Origin: a virus
Taxonomy: Duplodnaviria; Caudoviricetes
Virus record (IMG/VR): IMGVR_UViG_3300020045_000388
Location: 1-46,334 of that record
DNA: 46,334 nt
Direction: 5' to 3' (one strand)
Part shown: piece after piece, positions 43,968 to 46,334 of the stretch
How positions within the stretch are numbered: position 1 is the stretch's first letter
Layout of the letters: every line of letters starts with the position of its first letter
The notes under the pieces: model-generated
What the model was told of the DNA's origin: nothing
Databases searched by the model: none
Seen by the model: only the letters and a program-made list of their open reading frames with translations
Translations under genes and position numbers: made by a program

Positions 43968-44639
43968 CATTGTGTTGCAGGTAATTCGTTTTTAATTACC
44001 TTCTGCATGTTACCATGCAGAGCAGACTATATCTTCATTAACTAAGTGAATTAATTTCCATGATTTTATCTGCAAGGTCTTTTCGGATACCTTGAGTTTC
44101 TTCTGAAACTCTCTGCCCCGTAAGACCAATAGTAGATTCAAAATCTAGAGCCAAAGAAGCCACATCGTTTTTATGAACTAAGTAGGGCATCATACAACGT
44201 AGAGCATGTGCTGCCTGCTTGGTAGAAAGGGTCCAAACATACTGTTTCTTCCTGTTACCAATAGCTTCTTGCTTCACTCTAACATTGCCCCCAAAGATTT
44301 TCTGTAGTTTCAGAAGAGGTTCAAGTTTAACCTGACCCACTCCAATTCTCAGATAATATCCAAGGTACTTATCCCCACCTCTAGATTGGATTTTAACCCA
44401 ACCCTCTCCATCAAAAAATCCAGCAGCCCACGCAAATTCATGCGATATTGACATAATAATTCCTATTTAAGTTAAGATTCCCGTTTCGAGTCCACTAGGA
44501 CCCTACGCCTTTCGGCTAGTCGTTACACCTTCCTCAACAATGAGGCTTGGCTCGGTATTGTCCCAAAGGAGGTTCACCGAATTAGAGAATTTTTAGAGGG
44601 GCCACGCATCGTATTTATATCGCGCCCGATTGGTAGTTA
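43968..44639 (-). mobile_element. Group I self-splicing intron (672 nt) in terL
   Basis: Exon 1 ends in U and the intron ends in G. IGS GCGUG-GCCCCUC pairs with exon 1 GAGGGGU (P1) and exon 2 CACGC (P10). P7 elements ACGACUAG and AAGAUAUAGUCU and P9 hairpins are present. Splicing restores APRG-HAKST. Confidence 0.92.
44038..44454 (-). CDS. Intron-encoded LAGLIDADG homing endonuclease
   Basis: AWAAGFFDGEGWV, L..LQKIFGG and MPYLVHK. It lies between the two P7 strands. Confidence 0.9.
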   Translation of the reverse strand: MSISHEFAWAAGFFDGEGWVKIQSRGGDKYLGYYLRIGVGQVKLEPLLKLQKIFGGNVRVKQEAIGNRKKQYVWTLSTKQAAHALRCMMPYLVHKNDVASLALDFESTIGLTGQRVSEETQGIRKDLADKIMEINSLS

Positions 44640-44789
44640 ACCCCTCGGCGCTGCCATTGCTACAAACCTGTCAGGCCCGCAGCAGAGTTCCCACAATTCC
44701 TTATGGAAAGGAGGAGAAGCAGCACGTCCATCAAAACGTGAGGACAAAACAGAACCCACGAAGCCTTCGACAACTTCTGCGGTGAGCAT
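44640..44789 (-). CDS. terL: Terminase large subunit, exon 1 (50 codons, not in the track)
   Basis: MLTAEVVEGFVGSVLSSRFD...PPFHKELWELCC...VAMAAPRG, TAATG-coupled to the upstream HNH gene. Confidence 0.9.
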
Positions 44790-45091
44790 TACTTTCGCTT
44801 GCTTTCCCGACGACTGGTTTGGCTTTTCATGGAGCCATCCTTGTTACGGGAGAAGCTCTTGTTCGTGCTCTCAGAAACCACACGGCTATTGGCCTTGGTG
44901 TTGGCCCCACCTTTAGATAGTGGTTTAATATGGTCAATATTGGTACCATCCCCAATGTGTGTAGTACCAGCAGCATTAGAGGCACGACGAAGAGTTGTCC
45001 TCTCGCTACGGGCTTTGATTTGTTCTGGGCGACTAGCATACTTCTCGTATTCCGTCTTGTAATCCCTTTTCCCGTTCTTCATATACGGCAT
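44789..45091 (-). CDS. Small HNH endonuclease next to the terminase
   Basis: RDYKTEY...IDHIKPLSKGG.N...N.RV.S...N.S. Confidence 0.85.
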   Translation of the reverse strand: MPYMKNGKRDYKTEYEKYASRPEQIKARSERTTLRRASNAAGTTHIGDGTNIDHIKPLSKGGANTKANSRVVSESTNKSFSRNKDGSMKSQTSRRESKRK

Positions 45092-45543
45092 TTTAAATAC
45101 TCCACTAGTTTGGTAAATTCTTCCAATGTTCCGTTCTTTTTGAGATCATTAGCTCTCCAAGAAATTACTTGAACATTTCCTTTCACATAACCACGACTGC
45201 TATCTATCCTGTCTAAAGAAGGATTGTTCGGGTTAGTCCCTTGCCCTTTATGTCCCTGTCTAATAAATAGAGGGATGCCAAAAACAGGACAGAGTTCTGG
45301 AATTTGAATGTCCTCTACATCCAGATTAAATTCCCATTCCATTTTCTTAGCACGGCTCCGGGCCATGTGGAGGAGATAAGCTGCTGGATTTTTAGTACGC
45401 CATTCGTAATTATAAACATCGTATTTTGTTCGACCCTCCGCTAGGCCTTCCTGTCGTCTACTAAACATGTAGTCACGTGCACATTTTTTGCACTGTGGTG
45501 CCTTGGTTTCAAGGGTCGTACCACACTTACATTTAAGTCGCAT
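45079..45543 (-). CDS. HNH-like endonuclease
   Basis: CPVFGIP...PSLDRIDSSRGYVKGNVQVISWRAN..K and N-terminal Cys pairs. Confidence 0.82.
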   Translation of the reverse strand: MRLKCKCGTTLETKAPQCKKCARDYMFSRRQEGLAEGRTKYDVYNYEWRTKNPAAYLLHMARSRAKKMEWEFNLDVEDIQIPELCPVFGIPLFIRQGHKGQGTNPNNPSLDRIDSSRGYVKGNVQVISWRANDLKKNGTLEEFTKLVEYLKCRI

Positions 45544-45567
45544 TTATTTCCTTAGGTTTCTAGTATT

Positions 45568-45643
45568 TGGCGGCCGGGGATGGATTCGAACCACCAACAT
45601 GAGCGTTTGGAGTGCCCTGTTCTGCCCTTGGAACTACCCGGCC
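45568..45643 (-). tRNA. tRNA-Trp (CCA)
   Basis: Acceptor stem GGCCGGG/CCCGGCC, D-stem GUUC/GAAC, anticodon loop CUCCAAA, T-arm GGUGG-UUCGAAU-CCAUC, discriminator G and encoded CCA. 76 nt. Confidence 0.93.
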
Positions 45644-46216
45644 TTATTTAGCTTCAACATCAGAGATGTCTTCAACAACCTCTAAGGTTTCTTTATGTTC
45701 TATTTTATCTGTCACAAAAGCAGCAAATTTCTCTGCAAGCTTTAACAGCTTGTCATCATTCTGCTCCCCTTGTGTAGAGGGCTGTGTGGCCTTTTCCAAA
45801 GCTTTCTGCCTGTCCATGAGGTCAGTAGAAACCTTGTGTGCATCACGAATACCCACCTGCTTACGAATCATGTGACCCGTCTTCTGGTCGTAAATCCAAT
45901 CACCGTTGATAAGTCTGTCTTCGACAGCAGTGAGACTGGCATCAACAATCTTCTTTAAACGTCCAGACATCTGAATGTTCTCTTGAAGCTTAACATCCTC
46001 AACAAGGTTCTTCCACCATTCTGTCGTCTTCCACACGCGAAGGGTAACTTCTGGGATGGACAATAAACGACTGGTGAGTGCTAAATTTCCTAGCAATAGG
46101 TAGCTGGTTACCGCTTCCATCTTCTGCTTGTCGCTCCACTGGAAATTGCTTCCAGCAACAACAGAACGATTCTTTGGTTTTCTATCCCGACTACTCAGGG
46201 TGTCTGTTAAAGCCAT
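45644..46216 (-). CDS. terS: Terminase small subunit
   Basis: HTH-like segment (GNLALTSRLLSIPEVTLRVWK..EWW), position upstream of terL, and GGAGG RBS. Confidence 0.72.
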   Translation of the reverse strand: MALTDTLSSRDRKPKNRSVVAGSNFQWSDKQKMEAVTSYLLLGNLALTSRLLSIPEVTLRVWKTTEWWKNLVEDVKLQENIQMSGRLKKIVDASLTAVEDRLINGDWIYDQKTGHMIRKQVGIRDAHKVSTDLMDRQKALEKATQPSTQGEQNDDKLLKLAEKFAAFVTDKIEHKETLEVVEDISDVEAK

Positions 46217-46334
46217 TTGGCCTCCGAATAAAAGAGTTTACAAACTCAAACAATTTCTCCACAGAAAAGCTCTGCTTGGTAGGTTTGCCCTGTAGGGCTT
46301 GTGAACAAGAATTTAACTCCTGTTCTTCCTTCAC

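Noticed and set aside
43968-43970. ATG start of TerL at 43970
   Set aside because: It is the last three bases of the intron. Starting there truncates Walker A.
44627-44639. Resemblance between the intron 5' end (UAACUACCAAUCG) and the polymerase insert region (UAGCUACGAUUGG), including 7-nt complementarity
   Set aside because: The match is too short to exceed chance. No 10-nt excision restoring E-W fits the group I rule of U before the 5' site and G at the intron end.
1-46334. Genome-wide stop-codon reassignment explaining the TAG in the polymerase
   Set aside because: Other genes are intact under the standard code, and TAG readthrough alone would not fix the frame because the insert is 10 nt.

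Overview
This window is most of the genome of a lytic, podovirus-like dsDNA phage, in two convergent arms that meet at a bidirectional terminator near 19.26 kb. The + arm (1-19.2 kb) carries a phiEco32/LUZ24-type amidoligase, glutamine amidotransferase and ATP-grasp cluster. It also carries primase, DnaB-like helicase, a split family A DNA polymerase, an SSB-like protein, a 5'-3' exonuclease, a metallophosphoesterase, ThyX, a DUF3310 protein, MazG and a class II RNR. The - arm (46.2 to 19.3 kb) carries TerS, tRNA-Trp, a TerL interrupted by a group I intron with a LAGLIDADG ORF, portal, a GroES-like protein, scaffold, major capsid, tail and receptor-binding proteins, holin, ejection proteins and endolysin. 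I found no RNA polymerase or integrase. The most striking signals are outside the ORF track. (1) Polymerase motif A (DASQLE|WR) is interrupted by a 10-nt stop-containing insert that looks like a translational bypass element. (2) The Ntn amidotransferase, and probably the helicase, start at AUU behind near-identical RBS-spacer arrangements. (3) The 9-mer GGTCTATCA occurs nine times, on one strand only, in all three frames, clustered toward the left end. (4) A probable overprinted gene lies inside the primase. All calls come from reading motifs by eye; no database search was run.
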